Source: Tricharina praecox
Taxonomy: Eukaryota
Assembly: GCF_024521635.1 (NCBI RefSeq)
Contig: NW_026250413.1
Coordinates: 682,001 to 746,000, forward strand
Reading direction: 5' to 3'
Length of the DNA: 64,000 nt
The notes below the pieces were generated by a model. The model had not been told where the DNA came from. It saw only the letters and a program-made list of their open reading frames with translations, and ran no database searches. Below are positions 38,902 to 52,002 of this stretch, piece after piece. Numbering within the stretch: the stretch's first letter is position 1; each line of letters opens with the position of its first letter. Made by a program: the position numbers and the translations under genes.

Positions 38902-39763
38902 ATGGCTCCGAGTGCGTTGATCTCTCCTTCTCCGCAGCAGTGGCCCTCGTGCGCGCAGTAAAAGCGACGGGGCCGACATCTGGCTAATCTTCTACAGTAG
39001 TCGCACCTCCTGTGATTGTCCTTTCAGGCCCCTCCGGCACCGGCAAATCGACTCTGTTGAAGCGACTTTTTGCACAACATCCAGAATCATTCGGTTTCTC
39101 GGTTTCTCGTGTGTTCTCCCTGCGTGCACTCCCGCCATTACCGCTGTTTTACTGACTGGTGGATGAAAGACACGACGCGTAGTCCCAGGGCTGGCGAGAC
39201 GGACGGTGTCGAATATCACTTCACTACTCCCGAAGGGTTCGAAGAATTGATCAACAAGGACGCGTTCATTGAGCATGCGACCTTCGCTGGCCGCAGCTAC
39301 GGAACCTCCTTCGCGGCAGTGAGAGATGTCACTTCCAAGGGCCGCGCTTGCATCCTGGACATCGAGATGGAGGTGTGTTCCCCGCAGCCCTTGCAGTTGG
39401 GCCCACGAGCCCTGCCACGCTATACCGTTGACTACCCTACCGATTACTCGGAAGAGATCACGTGCTCGTATTTCGCATTGTGAAGGTTGATGCTAACAGC
39501 AACAGGGCGTCAAACAAGTCAAGAAGTCCGACCTCAATGCCAAGTTCATTTTTGTGAAGCCTCCTTCGGTTGAGGAGCTCGAGAAGCGTCTGAGAGGACG
39601 GGGCACGGAGTCCGAGGATGCTGTGCAGAAGAGGTTGGATCAGGCCATCAAGGAGCTGGAGTTTGCGGAGCAGCCCGGTATTCATGATAAGGTAATAGTC
39701 AACGACAATTTCGAGAGGGCGTATGTCGAGCTGGACCAGTATATCATGTCGCTTTTGGAGTAG
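38902..39763 (+). CDS. GUK1: Guanylate kinase, 4 exons
   Basis: [78 protein letters not shown]. Confidence 0.95.
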
Positions 39764-40387
39764 GGTTAGCGATTTTGGGACATTTAGAAAGTTCTTCAAT
39801 GCATACGATATCCCAATTCCAGAGCACCATTGTGTAGTTGCACGATGATCAAGGCCACAAACCCCGGGTAGGTACCTCAAACCCCCATCTGATTGCTTGT
39901 CCGCAATCGGATATATCTCCCTGGGTCCGTTTCTCCAGGCATAGATGGTGAACCCGAGTACTTCGCATGGAATGGCTTGTGGCAGGCGAGTCATGGACTA
40001 TGAAGTGACCACGCCCGTCAACATCTCAAAAATGCATAAGAATCTCTTATGCAGCCCCGCTTTACGCTAAGATATCTTATAAATTCCACATATACTGATA
40101 TCGGGGGGCATTGATGCATACAGGTTGTTCCAGAAAGATGGCATCCTTCTATGAGTAATAGTGCGTAACATTGCCCCCCCCGCGAGACTCGGTCTTCCGA
40201 GATCTCTCTTCCAAACCTGACCTTCGTGGTCTTGCTACCCGGGGAGCATTCCCGCCACCGTCTTCGCTTCCCACCAGACAGTTCAAATAGACACCGCTTT
40301 TCTTTCTTCTTTTGTTCGTCGGTCCGAGTTCCAACCCTCCGCCATCACGCATACTATCCTACCACCCACCGCTCTCCCCGAGAGACC

Positions 40388-42719
40388 ATGTCGTCTAGCA
40401 CCGCGTCCACCCCGAACATCCCGGGAAAGCCTGGAGGTAGCAGCGCTGGTGCGCCGTCACCACAACCAGCACCGCAACCTCCGAGCAATGTGGCCGGAGG
40501 CGAGCCCTCGAGGCGCGCCGGCGGAGGGAGCGGGACAAATTCTGGAGCTGGCTCGAACGCTCGCAACGGCACGCCGCGCAACAACCAATCATCGCGTAAA
40601 GGTCACCGGAATCACCGCAAGCCCGATTCTGTTGCTTCGGAGGAGAATAGTTACATTGGCTACGATGAGGTATGCACTTCTCCCGGTTCTCTTTTATGTT
40701 TCTTTGCATCCGCTGCCCCTTCCATCAATGTGCGGAGCTGACAAACAGCCGGTGGCGATCAGGTGGTGACGTCGCCTGCGACCAATCGTAAAGGAACTTC
40801 TATCGCGATCAATTGGGACTACTCGACCCCGCACCCACGTGCCTACGGCGAATTCCGTCCACGGACTCAACGGAGAGCTCCAGCTTGGGGGTTGGGCTCT
40901 GGTTACCATGCTGTCGACAAAGCTCGGTAAGCGAATTCGGGGTTATCTGCTCAATAGGTCCCTGCAGGTACTAATATCATGCAGCTATGTGAACGCCAAT
41001 TACCGTTTCATTGTCAATCCTCATGGCGACTACAGAGCTCAATGCATCGATTCGGACGTCCATTTACCCTGGGACCATATCCTTCAGATCCTCGCGTCGG
41101 CCTTGACCCAATGTCCGAACTGTCCCATCTGCCTTTCGACGCCCGTGGCTCCTCGAATGGCGAAATGCGGTCATATATTCTGTCTGCCTTGTCTAGACAG
41201 ATACATGGCTTCCGCCGATGGCAACAAACCAGTAGTAAATAAGCCACGCTACAAGAAGTGTGTGATCTGTACGGATAGCGTGTACATGACCGACATTCGC
41301 CCGGTGCGTTTCTTCACTGGGCGACAGACTGACCCTCCCAAGGAGGGAGATGATGTTGTGCTTCGGTTGGTCATGAGGATGCCCGGGAGTACTCTCGCCT
41401 TGCCTAGGGATGGCGCTGATCCACCGTCTGCGCTGGACGAGATTCCGTGGTATTTTGCAGAGGATGTCATGGACTATGCCAGAATCATGAAAGGATCGGA
41501 GGATTACATGATGAAACAGTTCAACCGCGAAATTGTGGAGCTTCAGGAGATGCAGCTAGAGGATGAGGTGATGTTCGGAGAGGACGGAATATGGGCGAGA
41601 AAGGCAATCGAAACGATTCGGATGCATATGGAAGCGCTAATCGGCATTGGCAACCCACCGCCGTCGATCGTCCCGCAGCGGGAGAAGGAGAAGCAAAAAG
41701 AAAAACGGCCGCCGATAGTGTTCTCGGAGAACACTGACGACGTACCTCTGATGTACCATGTGATGCACGAGGCTCGCTCCGGTCACTCGTCCTCTTCCCA
41801 CACGCCGAAACCTGGGCCCCCGGATGCCGACGACTCGATTTCTGCTGTCGAACTGTCTTTGTCGCTGATCGAATACGAAGAACCACGTCAGCGGACCGCG
41901 GGCGCAGGTGCATCTAGTGATTCGCCATATCTCTTCTACCAAGCCTTGCTGCACCACTACCTCTCGCCTCTCGATATCCGAATCTTGAAGGTGACGTTCG
42001 GCTCCTTCGCCAATTTCCCCTCAACGGTCTTGCCTCGGGTTGAAAACGTCAGCACTGGTCACACGGTAGACGACGACCTCCGTAAGCGCGCCAGATATCT
42101 CGCGCATCTTCCATACGGCTGCGAGGTCACCTTCCTCGAGTGCGATTGGACCGACATAGTGCCACTGGAGACTCTGGAGAAGTTCAAGAGTGATATCGAA
42201 CGGCGTAGGAAGAGGAAGCGGGACAAGGAGACTAAGGAGGAGCGCGATAGGGTTCGGGCCGAGAAAATTGAGGAAGACGAGAAATGGTCTACGCTTAGAT
42301 ATCGTAGGCGAGAGTCTACTGGCTTCCTCAAAGAAAAGTTCAAAGACGAGGACTTTGTGGCTTTAGGTCACTCTGAGCTTGTCGATAACGAGGCCGTTGC
42401 AGAAACATCTCCATCCCAGGCTACCGAGTCATCCGCGAATGCCCTGCATCAACGAACTGTCTGGGGCACCCCTGCTATCGCCGGTTCCCAGGAGGAGTCA
42501 GCACATCTTACTGAAAACAACAGCGGATGGTTGCCGGATTGGGAGAGAGAATTATTATTGGACGAGGAAATGATGGCGCAAATAGAGATGGAGGGGTCAA
42601 TGGGCAACGGTGGTGGCAGTGGTTCCGGTGGACGTGCTCCAAGCCACGGAAAGGGTCAGAAGAAGAAGAAGTTCAAGAAGGTCACTCTCATGACCAATGG
42701 CGGTAAACGCGGTGCTTGA
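40388..42719 (+). CDS. MAG2: RING (C3HC4) E3 ubiquitin ligase Mag2/RNF10 homolog, 3 exons
   Basis: YVNANYRFIV, CPICL..PRMAKCGHIFCLPCL, FYQ..YYLSPLDIRIL, RKRARYLAHLPYGCEVTFLE, and C-terminal KKKKFKKVTLMTNGGKRGA. Confidence 0.88.
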
Positions 42720-43231
42720 ACTGTTTGTCTCTCTGCGTGTTATAAGATCTCTGGCCATTTCTCCGTTTGTGCCGTTTACCTCAACCGCATGCAATACTCA
42801 CTTTTTGTAAAATAGAAACTGGATGGCAAAGTTGCTCTCCTGTTGGGGGTGAATACGGTGTTGGGTGGGTTGTTTGTTTAGTTATTTCGAGATGACAGGT
42901 ATCTGCTTTGGCAATATATGCGACTCTGTACTCTTTCTGACTGCGGGTGAAATCGGCCTGATGATAAGTTAGTTACTGAAGTAAACCTCGAGTGAGCTGC
43001 TGTGGAGACACGGGCTAGGGCAAGGCCCTTAGCGCGGTAATTGACAAAGCAGCAGTCCACCCCACATCGCTCCTGTCCCGTGAGCCACACACAATTCGCA
43101 ATTTAGCGCTTTCACTTTACGAGAGAATTTCCCGTTTCGACGACGACTAACGACCGCGACGACTCGACGACAATCCCGCCCAACAATCCTCACGACAACC
43201 ACCGCGGCCACCTAACCCGACAAACTTCAAG

Positions 43232-44630
43232 ATGGTACTACCTCCTTCACCCGCTCTATGGACTCGCGCGGCCGCAGCAACAACATGAACACTACAGCCC
43301 CCTCAGTTCTCAGTCGAAGTCGCTCAATCGAGAAACAAACGGCTAGAAGATCAAGAGGGATGATGGATGATATTCGGGTCGTCACGGACTGTGCGAGAAT
43401 CAAATCGTGATTGATTTGATTTGACGACCACTTTTCGCGATCTTCCTGATTACATCGTGCGCAATCCATGTGTTTGCTTCGGCTACACTGGATGGAAGAT
43501 ACGCACACTACAAATCTACATTCCATTGTACCCCTCCGCAGAAATGTGGGGGCTCTGCATTGTTGTAGTAGGGCTGAAGTCTCATGTGCTGCAATGGCCG
43601 CGAGACTGTAGAGTTGATTTTGTATCTGTTGAAAAGAAACATTTCGCTGATTCAAAATCTCTCAATGACCAATAGCCCGCAAAGAAGAAGGCCGCTCCCG
43701 CCCCTTTCCCCCAGAGCAAGGCTGGTGCTTCTAAGAAGACCAAGGTTAGTGATACCTCCCTACTCCACACTTGACCGTTGGGTTACTGACGTGATGTAAT
43801 ACGACAACAGAACCCACTCATCGAGAAGCGTCCCCGTAACTTCGGTATCGGTCAGGATGTTCAGCCCAAGCGCAACCTCTCGCGTTTCGTGAAGTGGCCC
43901 GAGTATGTCCGTCTTCAGCGCCAGAAGAAGATCCTTCACATGCGTCTGAAGGTTCCTCCGGCGATCGCTCAGTTCTCGAACACTGCCGACAAGAACTTGG
44001 CCACCCAGACCTTCCGCTTGTTGAACAAGTACCGCCCTGAGACCAAGCAGGAGAAGAAGGAGCGTCTCACCAAGGAGGCTGAGGCCATTAAGGACGGAAA
44101 GAAGAAGGAGGATGTGTCCAAGAAGCCCTACACTGTCAAGTACGGTCTCAACCACGTTGTCGGTCTGATCGAGAACAAGAAGGCGTCTCTGGTCCTCATC
44201 CCCAACGACGTTGATCCCATTGAGTTGGTGATCTTCTTGCCCGCTCTTTGTCGCAAGATGGGTGTGCCTTACTGCATCATCAAGGGCAAGGCCCGTCTTG
44301 GAACAGTCGTTCACAAGAAGGTACGCTTCTTACAGTTTCGTTTTCCGGGATTACCACTGACCTGATGTTTCTAGACCGCTGCCGTCCTGGCCCTCACTGA
44401 GGTCCGCTCGGAGGACAAGAACGAGCTCACCAAGCTCATCACCGCCGTCAAGGAGGGATACAACGAGAAGTACGAGGAGCACCGACGACACTGGGGTGGA
44501 GGTATCATGGGCCGCAAGGCCAACGACCGCACTGGTAAGTTTGATTGCTACAATATCATGTTGGATATAGATACTGACTACCGATATAGCCAAGAAGCAG
44601 AAGGCGTTGGACGCTGCGATCAAGATCTAG
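43232..44630 (+). CDS. RPL8: 60S ribosomal protein eL8 (L8/L7a), 5 exons; exon 1 is ATG only
   Basis: [63 protein letters not shown]; strong codon bias. Confidence 0.97.
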
Positions 44631-45161
44631 ATTTTTTCTCGTTCGCAATGATAATATTCAAAAAACGGCTGCGAGTGATGAATCGGTGTTTCATGGTGAA
44701 AATTTTGCTTGGGAATTAAATTTCATCGGCTGGTGTTTTGCATACAATGTGACTTCGCGATTTTCCAGTGATTCAATCCGTCTCTCCATCGGGCTAGCCA
44801 ACCGACCAATTGACCAAAGTTGTGCGCCCACAATGTGAAAGCCGCCCGGGTTTGACTCGTCTTTGAGGGGCAGGATCAGCCCTGTGATTACCTGGCTCAG
44901 CCGCGATTCACCATGGATACATACTGGAAACGCACTTTGTGTATGATAATCGGGTTCATGTATTTCATGGGTATATAGTTGAGCCATCGATCTTAGGCTA
45001 CAAAAAAGCGATAACAACTCCACTCGACGTACACACACATGTAAATAGACCCATAATATCTGCGCTCCATTCTGTACCTTCAAATAATAACGCCGTATAA
45101 GCATGTCCTACAGTTTCCAGTCATATGCGCCCTCGCATATTCCACGTTAACCACTAACTAA

Positions 45162-46437
45162 CTACACCTTCGCCTTGGTCTTCTCCTTCGGCGGCGGTCT
45201 TGGACCCAGAGTCTTCAGCTTTATCGCCGCGATCTCTTCCACCAGCGCCGTATCTGCCAGCGCGTTCATGGCCGCTCGTAATTCCGCGTCTCTGCGATGT
45301 CGGTTAGTCCACGGTCCTCCGTCAGAGGCGGGGGATGTGGGGGATGTGGGGGAGGAGGGCGTACGATTTATTCGCGCCCCAGCCCTTCCCGATGACGCGA
45401 TCCTTGAACCCCCAGCCATTGATAGTGACGGTGATCCAATAGCCGCCATGATTGCCTCCACCGCCGCCGGTCCACGTGTACGTGAGCTGGGCCATACTCC
45501 CGCCTGCGAGGGCATTAAGACTCTGTTTCGCCATCTTATCTACGGGGGAGACCTTCGCTCTCTCGACGGCCATCTCCCTAATCTTCGGCTCAAACAGCCG
45601 CTCGAGCCAGTCGCGCGCAGTCTTGTAGCCGACGTCGGGCCCGCCCTCGGCGTCCAGCACTACCGCGCCAATGTACGCCTCGAAGCAGTCCGCGACGATC
45701 TTGATCTTGTTGCGGTCCTCGCTCATATTCGTGCGCAGGCGCTCGGGGAACCCGTAAGCGCGCGCGAGCTCTGATAGTGGCTTGTTGGAGACCAGGAGCT
45801 GGCGCATCTCCGAGAGCGGGCCTTCGCGGTACTCTGGGAACCGCCGGTAGAGAAGTGCCGACGAGATGGACTGTAGGTAGGCGTCCCCTAGGAACTCGAG
45901 CCGCTCATAGTGCGACTTTTCGACGCCTGGAAGCGACGCGTGCTCCCCCCGGATCGAAGAGATGTGCGTGAAGATCTGCGAGAGAAGGTCTGGGTTGCGG
46001 ATTGGTGGGAGCGGCGGCGGCCACGTCGTGTCAATGTCGGTGGCGGTGTCGGTCGTGGGCAGGAAGGAGAGGTCCCCTGAGGACTTCATCGAGTGCAGGG
46101 CTAGGATGAAGTTGGCTTTTTCGAGCCCGAGGGTCGCCGTGAGGGTTTCGACCGAGACCGAGGGGGAGAGCAGCGTTGACAGCCCTTGGCTGAACGCCGC
46201 GAAGGCGGATTTGATATCTGCCGGTTGCAGGGAGGTGGGAGCGGCTCCTGGGCCATTGGTGGGGATGGTGGGGAGGGTGATCGTGGTGGTGGGGGTGGGT
46301 ATTTCCTGGTGGCATGTCAGCGAAGTTCGTAAATTGAAGTGCTTTCCGACGCGGCGTACAGTCTTTGACTTCTTGGATGGATTCCCGCTGTCGCCATCAT
46401 CGCGGGTGCGCCTTTTTTTGGTCTTGTCGCGTGCCAT
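45162..46437 (-). CDS. Ribonuclease III (single RNase III domain plus dsRBD-like tail; Rnt1/Pac1-type), 3 exons
   Basis: RNase III signature YERLEFLGDAYL, ADCFEAYIGAV, and C-terminal GKGWGANKS..AELRAAMNAL dsRBD-like motif; basic N-terminal NLS-like sequence. Confidence 0.88.
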
Positions 46438-47139
46438 GGTGATGGGTGTAGTGGTGATGGGTGATGTGGGATTGAGTGTTGGGTAACGTGTCGTTGGAGG
46501 ACGCGACCATGAAGAAAAGTGGGACAGGGAAAGTTCGGATGGCACGAGCGAACCTCGGAGGCACTTCTACCTTGTGCACTTCTTCTGTTGGACCCACAAC
46601 GAAACCCAATCCAATGGATATCGAGTGTACTAGGTATTTCTATCCTACTCGAGAGCCAGATTTACCCTTTGTATTCGACGCATCCGTGAAGTACAATTAC
46701 GGGCAGATATACATACGGACTCCCGAGGACGTCATCGGTCGGAGCCGAGGGGGTGAGTCTCAATGCTCACGCACGATACAATCCAAAAATGTATTTATAT
46801 TGGCATTTGGAAATTGACTGCTCCATCGAGCGCGGTAACAAGATGGCGATGATGGTGGTGATGCTGCGATTTCGTTCGATTTGTACACACGCACTCGACA
46901 CCCCGCTCCAACACCCCGCACACACACAACCCCGCTGCAACACAATGCAAGATCGCTCCGTCGCACCACTTGCCAACCAACAACCGTCATTCCCATTTTG
47001 CGAGGTCCCCCTACCGGCCTTAAACACAACAACGCCCACCCTCCCCGACCCCTCTCCGACATGATCTATCGTGACAGGTAGAAAACAGAGAAAAAAAATA
47101 ACCGCCCTCCATCGCTTCGATCCGATGGTTTGTTTTCTT

Positions 47140-47726
47140 CTAGTTGTTCTGGACCATACCCGGGCCCTTGTAGTTCTCGGAGGAAACACCGGTGATGGGC
47201 TCGACGTTCTGCTCCTTGAGGTACTCGTTGCTAGCCTCCTGCCACTCCTTGCTCATGGTCTTGGGGCCGGGACGGCCACCGAGACGCATGGCGTAGAAGG
47301 CCACGAACGAAACACCGACACCGATGGCGGTGTACAGGATGACCTTCGAGGTCTCACCAGGAGGGGGGACGGCACGGGGACCGTGAGGCCCGAAAGCGAT
47401 CCAGTAGGCTGTGGGGGTTTCGTCAGCGAGAGGCGGGTACACAAGTAGTTTACAGGCCCGGGGTTGATTCGGGTAAGTGTTTGTGTGAACGTACAAGCCT
47501 TCTTCTCCTGCGCAGTCAATTCGCCCCACGAGCCCTTCATGCGGTCCCGCAGCTGCATCCAGAGCTCGGCCTGCTCGGCCGGCGGCATGGCCTCCCAGCG
47601 CTTCTCGATGTCGGCCAGGGTGACGTTGGAGATGGCGTACGAGCTGTTTCCGCGCGACAGGATCGCGGCAGCTGAGGCCGGGCGAAGACGGGAAGCCCGC
47701 AGGAGGGAGTTGCGCACCATCGACAT
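47140..47726 (-). CDS. COX5: Cytochrome c oxidase subunit 5 (COX IV family), mitochondrial, 2 exons
   Basis: Arg-rich presequence, IEKRWEAMP, LTAQEKKA|AYWIAFGPHGPR, single TM helix, PKTMSKEWQEASNEYL..PITG. Confidence 0.95.
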
Positions 47727-49053
47727 TGTTGGTTGTGGTTGATGAGTTTTGGTTGAGTGGAGATTTTTTTGGTCGGTTGGCTGGGTTTCCGTAGGTTGTG
47801 GGGGGGGAGAAGTGAAAGTGGTGGTTTAGTTAGTTAATGGGTAATGGTTGGTGGAGGTGGCAGTGGTATGATGACTTGGGGGATTCCGGGATGGGGTGGA
47901 TGGATGGATACTTCCGACGAGACGACGTTTCCCTCTCTAGCGATTTTTCCTCTCAACCGCCCAGCGCAGCCCCAGAGGGAAAGCATGGAAACTCACACCA
48001 CCCACCAACTCTATTCCGCGCCCACTGATTGGCCCTAACCCGAACCTTTCCGGGACACACAATGTCATTGTTTGTAACCACCGGCACCGACCAAGAAAGA
48101 AAAAATCCGTCGCACGGATCGCCCAATGTGCCAGCACGGACAGAGGGAAATATCAACAAGCTGTGGGGAATCCATCACGAGAGCGAAGTCTTGTAAGTAC
48201 ATACTACTTACCAATATCATAGCTCTCCGCACCTGGGCGTCACGGTCGCCGGGTGGAGAACCTCTGTACGAAATATCCAACCCGTTCTAGCGCAGGATGG
48301 TACTTAGCCTGCATGCGCACATCACCCCACTACGCACAAGGAAAGCAAAGCACTCTCCCCCCTCTGCGTGAAGTGCCGAGTCAGGCCCTGTGAAGCTGGG
48401 ACGTCATCGTTAGTAGAATGAAATGCGCAAACAGAACACCAGCGGTGATCGAGGGCGGGTAACCGGGGCTGGAATGCGGGAGCTGTCACTGGTAACTATG
48501 GTAGTATGGTGGCTACGTCAGGCTTATGCTACGACTCCGTGAGTGGTATAAAGTCTCGACGGAGCTGGAATCTCGTCGATCCGTCTACATCCGAAACTCT
48601 GCTCCCAGCATCAATCCCTCCTGTGAGTGTTGCCGCCGGGACCGAATAGCTAGCCCCGAAGACTCCCAAAAAAGCATTGTGATAATCGTCAGATATACTA
48701 CCGAGTGCGGCATACCCTTCCCCATGCACCCAGCTCCATCATAGGTACCTCGCTTTGAATCCCCATATCTATGATGGCCGTAGTTGGATACTACTCAGGC
48801 GATTCGTCGCAACACATCGATTCGTCACTAGGGGAAATGCGTGTCTTGTGTCTTATATTACACCTCCGCCCGCACCTCCCATAACCCCCTCGCCATCGCC
48901 GCCGTCCCCATATCTTTGCGCAGAAGACGCTGTGCGCAAAAGAAAAACAGTAAACCCAAACAGAAAAAACATAGACATAGAATATGAAACGAAGAAGGGT
49001 GAAGAAGAAGACAGAAAGGAAATCGAGCCACCGTGTATCTACTCTACCATCTA

Positions 49054-51508
49054 TCACGCAGTAGCCGCGTATGCCGCCTCACCACCAGAAGGATCCGCCT
49101 CGATTCCCTCCTTCTGCATTTTTGCTGCCGAGCACCGGCCCATGGTCGCACTGCTCCTCGAGATCGCATCGGTGAAGTAGAAGTTCTCGATAACCTTGGT
49201 GAGCGGTGCGTTGGTGGGCTTAGAACCCCTGTTAGAGTCCACCAGTTGAACTTTGTTGCCGACGGCGCTCATGGAAGCAGGCTCGACGACATCGTAACGT
49301 GTCAGTGCCGGCGAGATCTCCTCCATCCGGTACCGCACCTGGGCGAGTGTGTCGTAGGGGAGCTGAGCACCCAGGAATTGCGATGCCGCTCGGATGATCT
49401 TCCAGTCCTCACGTGCGACACCGGGAACACTAGTAGCAGCGCGGGTGAGCTGCACTCGACCCTCGGTGTTGACGTAGGTTCCAGACTTCTCGGTGTATGC
49501 CGCACCGGGGAGCACGACGTCCGCGTACTGTGCACCTTGGTCACCATGATGGCCTTGGTAGATGACGAAGGCGCCCTTGGGGATGTCGGCCGGGGTGATC
49601 TCGTCAGCGCCGAGGAGCCAGACCATCTTGGGGGTGGTTTGCGCAGTGGTGGCAGAGGGCGGGACGAAGCCGACATCGTAGGCGGCACCACGTGAAGCGG
49701 CCTACAGAGCACGTTAGCAAAGTTTACATCATATCCATACATCACACATACTCGCTGCAAGACGTTGTATCCGTTCCACTCGGGTGTCAAGAATTTGGCC
49801 GAGTTCCTCTCCAAGAATTGTCCAACCATCTCGTACATGGTCTTGGCATCGGCGTGCTCGGTGACACCGCTACCCATGATGATCATGGGCCGCTTGCCAG
49901 CCAGAAGCTTCTTGCCGAAAGGCCCAGCCAGAGTCTTCTTGAGGGCAGCGGCATCGGCACCGAGGTGCTCGTACTCGAAAGTGCTCTCGAATTGCTCTCC
50001 AACAAGTCCGACTTCCAGGTCCGACCGCAGCCACTGCTTTCGAATTCTCGCGTTCAAGACAGCAGCTTCGTGGCGAGGGTTGGTGCCGACAAGAAGGATA
50101 GCATCCGCCTCCTCGACTCCGTGGATCTTGGAGTTGAAAAGATAGTTGGACCGGACGTCGATACCGTGCGCCGGAGGGGCACTACCGTTGGGCTGGTCGA
50201 GTGCAAGGTTCTCGGATCCGAGCTTGTTCATTAGATCCTTCAGCGCGACCAGCGATTCCGCCTCGACGAGATGTCCAGCGATTGCCTTGAACTCGTTGCC
50301 CTTCGGTGCCAGCTTTTTGTGTGCCGCCGCGATCTCGGACATTGCCTGCTCCCAGGTGGCAGGAGCGAAGCGGTCATCCTTTCGGACGAGCGGAGTCGTC
50401 AATCGCTGCGTCTTCAACCCATCGCATGCAAATCGTGTCTTGTCGTTGATCCATTCCTCGTTGACATCGTCGTTCAACCGGGGAATAACACGCATCACTT
50501 CCAATCCCCTAGCGTCCACCCGGACGTTAGATCCCAGAGCATCGAGAACATCGATAGTCTCCGTCCCCTTGAGCTCCCACGGCCTTGCACGGAAAGCATA
50601 GGGCTTGGAAGTCAAGGCACCGACGGGGCACAGATCGATAACATTGCCGGAAAGTTCCGAATCGAGGTTTCTCTCGAGGTAGGTACCAATCTGTATATCA
50701 TTTCCACGACCCGTAGATCCGAATTCCGGAGCACCGGCAATGTCGTTGGCGAATCGGATGCACCGAGTGCAGTGGATGCAACGGTTCATGGACGTCTTGA
50801 TGAGCGGGCCGATGTTCTTGTCCTCGACCGCACGCTTTCCGGTGATCTCGTGGAAACGGCCGCGGTCGGCTCCGTAGCGCATCGACTGGTCCTGGAGATC
50901 ACATTCACCTCCTTGATCGCAGATGGGGCAATCCAGAGGGTGGTTCGTCAACAAGAACTCCATCACTCCCTCGCGTGCCTTGTGCACCACCGGCGAATTC
51001 GTCTTCACAACCATTCCCGGCTGGACGGGCCTGCGAGACCAGCAGTCAGATCAATGTCGTATGTAGAATCAATGATAGATCGCCCGTTACCATGCGCAGG
51101 ATGCCACCGGCTTAGGCACTCTTTCGACCTCGACCAAGCACATACGGCAGTTGCCGGCAATCATGAGTTTTTCCTACATGCGTGGGTTAGATGGAGGAGG
51201 AGCAAGAATCTGCAACGCAGCCACATTGCAGTGCGCGGGGGCGGGGCGGGGCGGGGCGGGGCGGGGAGTGGCGGGGGGGTGGCGGTAGTGGGTGGACCAC
51301 ATACATGGTAGCAATACCGCGGGACGGTAGCGCCGGCTTTCTCGCAGGCCTGGATGAGCGCCGCTCCCTGCTCAATCTTCACTTTCTTGCCATCAACAGT
51401 GATCTCGACTTCGGCGGCGGTTCGTGGTGTGGAGGTGAAAGTTCTCTTGGCGGTCGAGGCGAAAGTGCGCGCCGGCTTCAAGCCCCGTAATAGCCCTTGC
51501 CGCATCAT
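49054..51508 (-). CDS. nuo78: NADH:ubiquinone oxidoreductase 75/78-kDa Fe-S subunit (NDUFS1/NuoG), 4 exons
   Basis: PRYCYH, AGNCRMCLVE, HPLDCPICDQGGECDLQ, RCIHCTRCIRF, DLCPVGAL, YVNTEGRVQ. Confidence 0.96.
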
Positions 51509-52002
51509 CGTGAACTGAGATCGCGGGGGGTAGACAAAAGGAAAGGACGAAATATGGTTGGGGTCGGGTTGGTGGGAGTGGTGGCGGCGGAGGGAAGGTC
51601 TTGAGTGGAGATTATTTGATGTGGAACGGAAGACTAGAGTTCTTTGATGATGTGAGGCGATTGGAAGCCCCCCGTCATCCGGCGGTTGCTTCGTTGGCGC
51701 AGCCAATCACTGGCGGACCTTAGAAATCCACAACAGCACTTATGTACATATATTGCGGGGTCGACAACTCGAGAACATCAATGAGTAGAATAACTATCCC
51801 CAATGACAAATCACAGGTCACGACAAGACAAGACGCAGCTAATGGACGAGAATAACAGGATGACAGAGCGAGAGCAAATATTCTCAATCGATCGGGAGAG
51901 AATTGGCCACCCAGCACCATCCGAAAAGGAAACCATGAAACCAAAGACCAACGACCACCAAAGATCCAGAACAGTCAACCACAAACAATTAGCCCAAGAA
52001 AC

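Noticed and set aside
45162-46437. RNase III gene as a functional partner clustered with the hairpin locus
   Set aside because: It looks like a housekeeping Rnt1/Pac1-type enzyme, not a Dicer, and lies ~10 kb away among unrelated housekeeping genes; there is no evidence of co-regulation.
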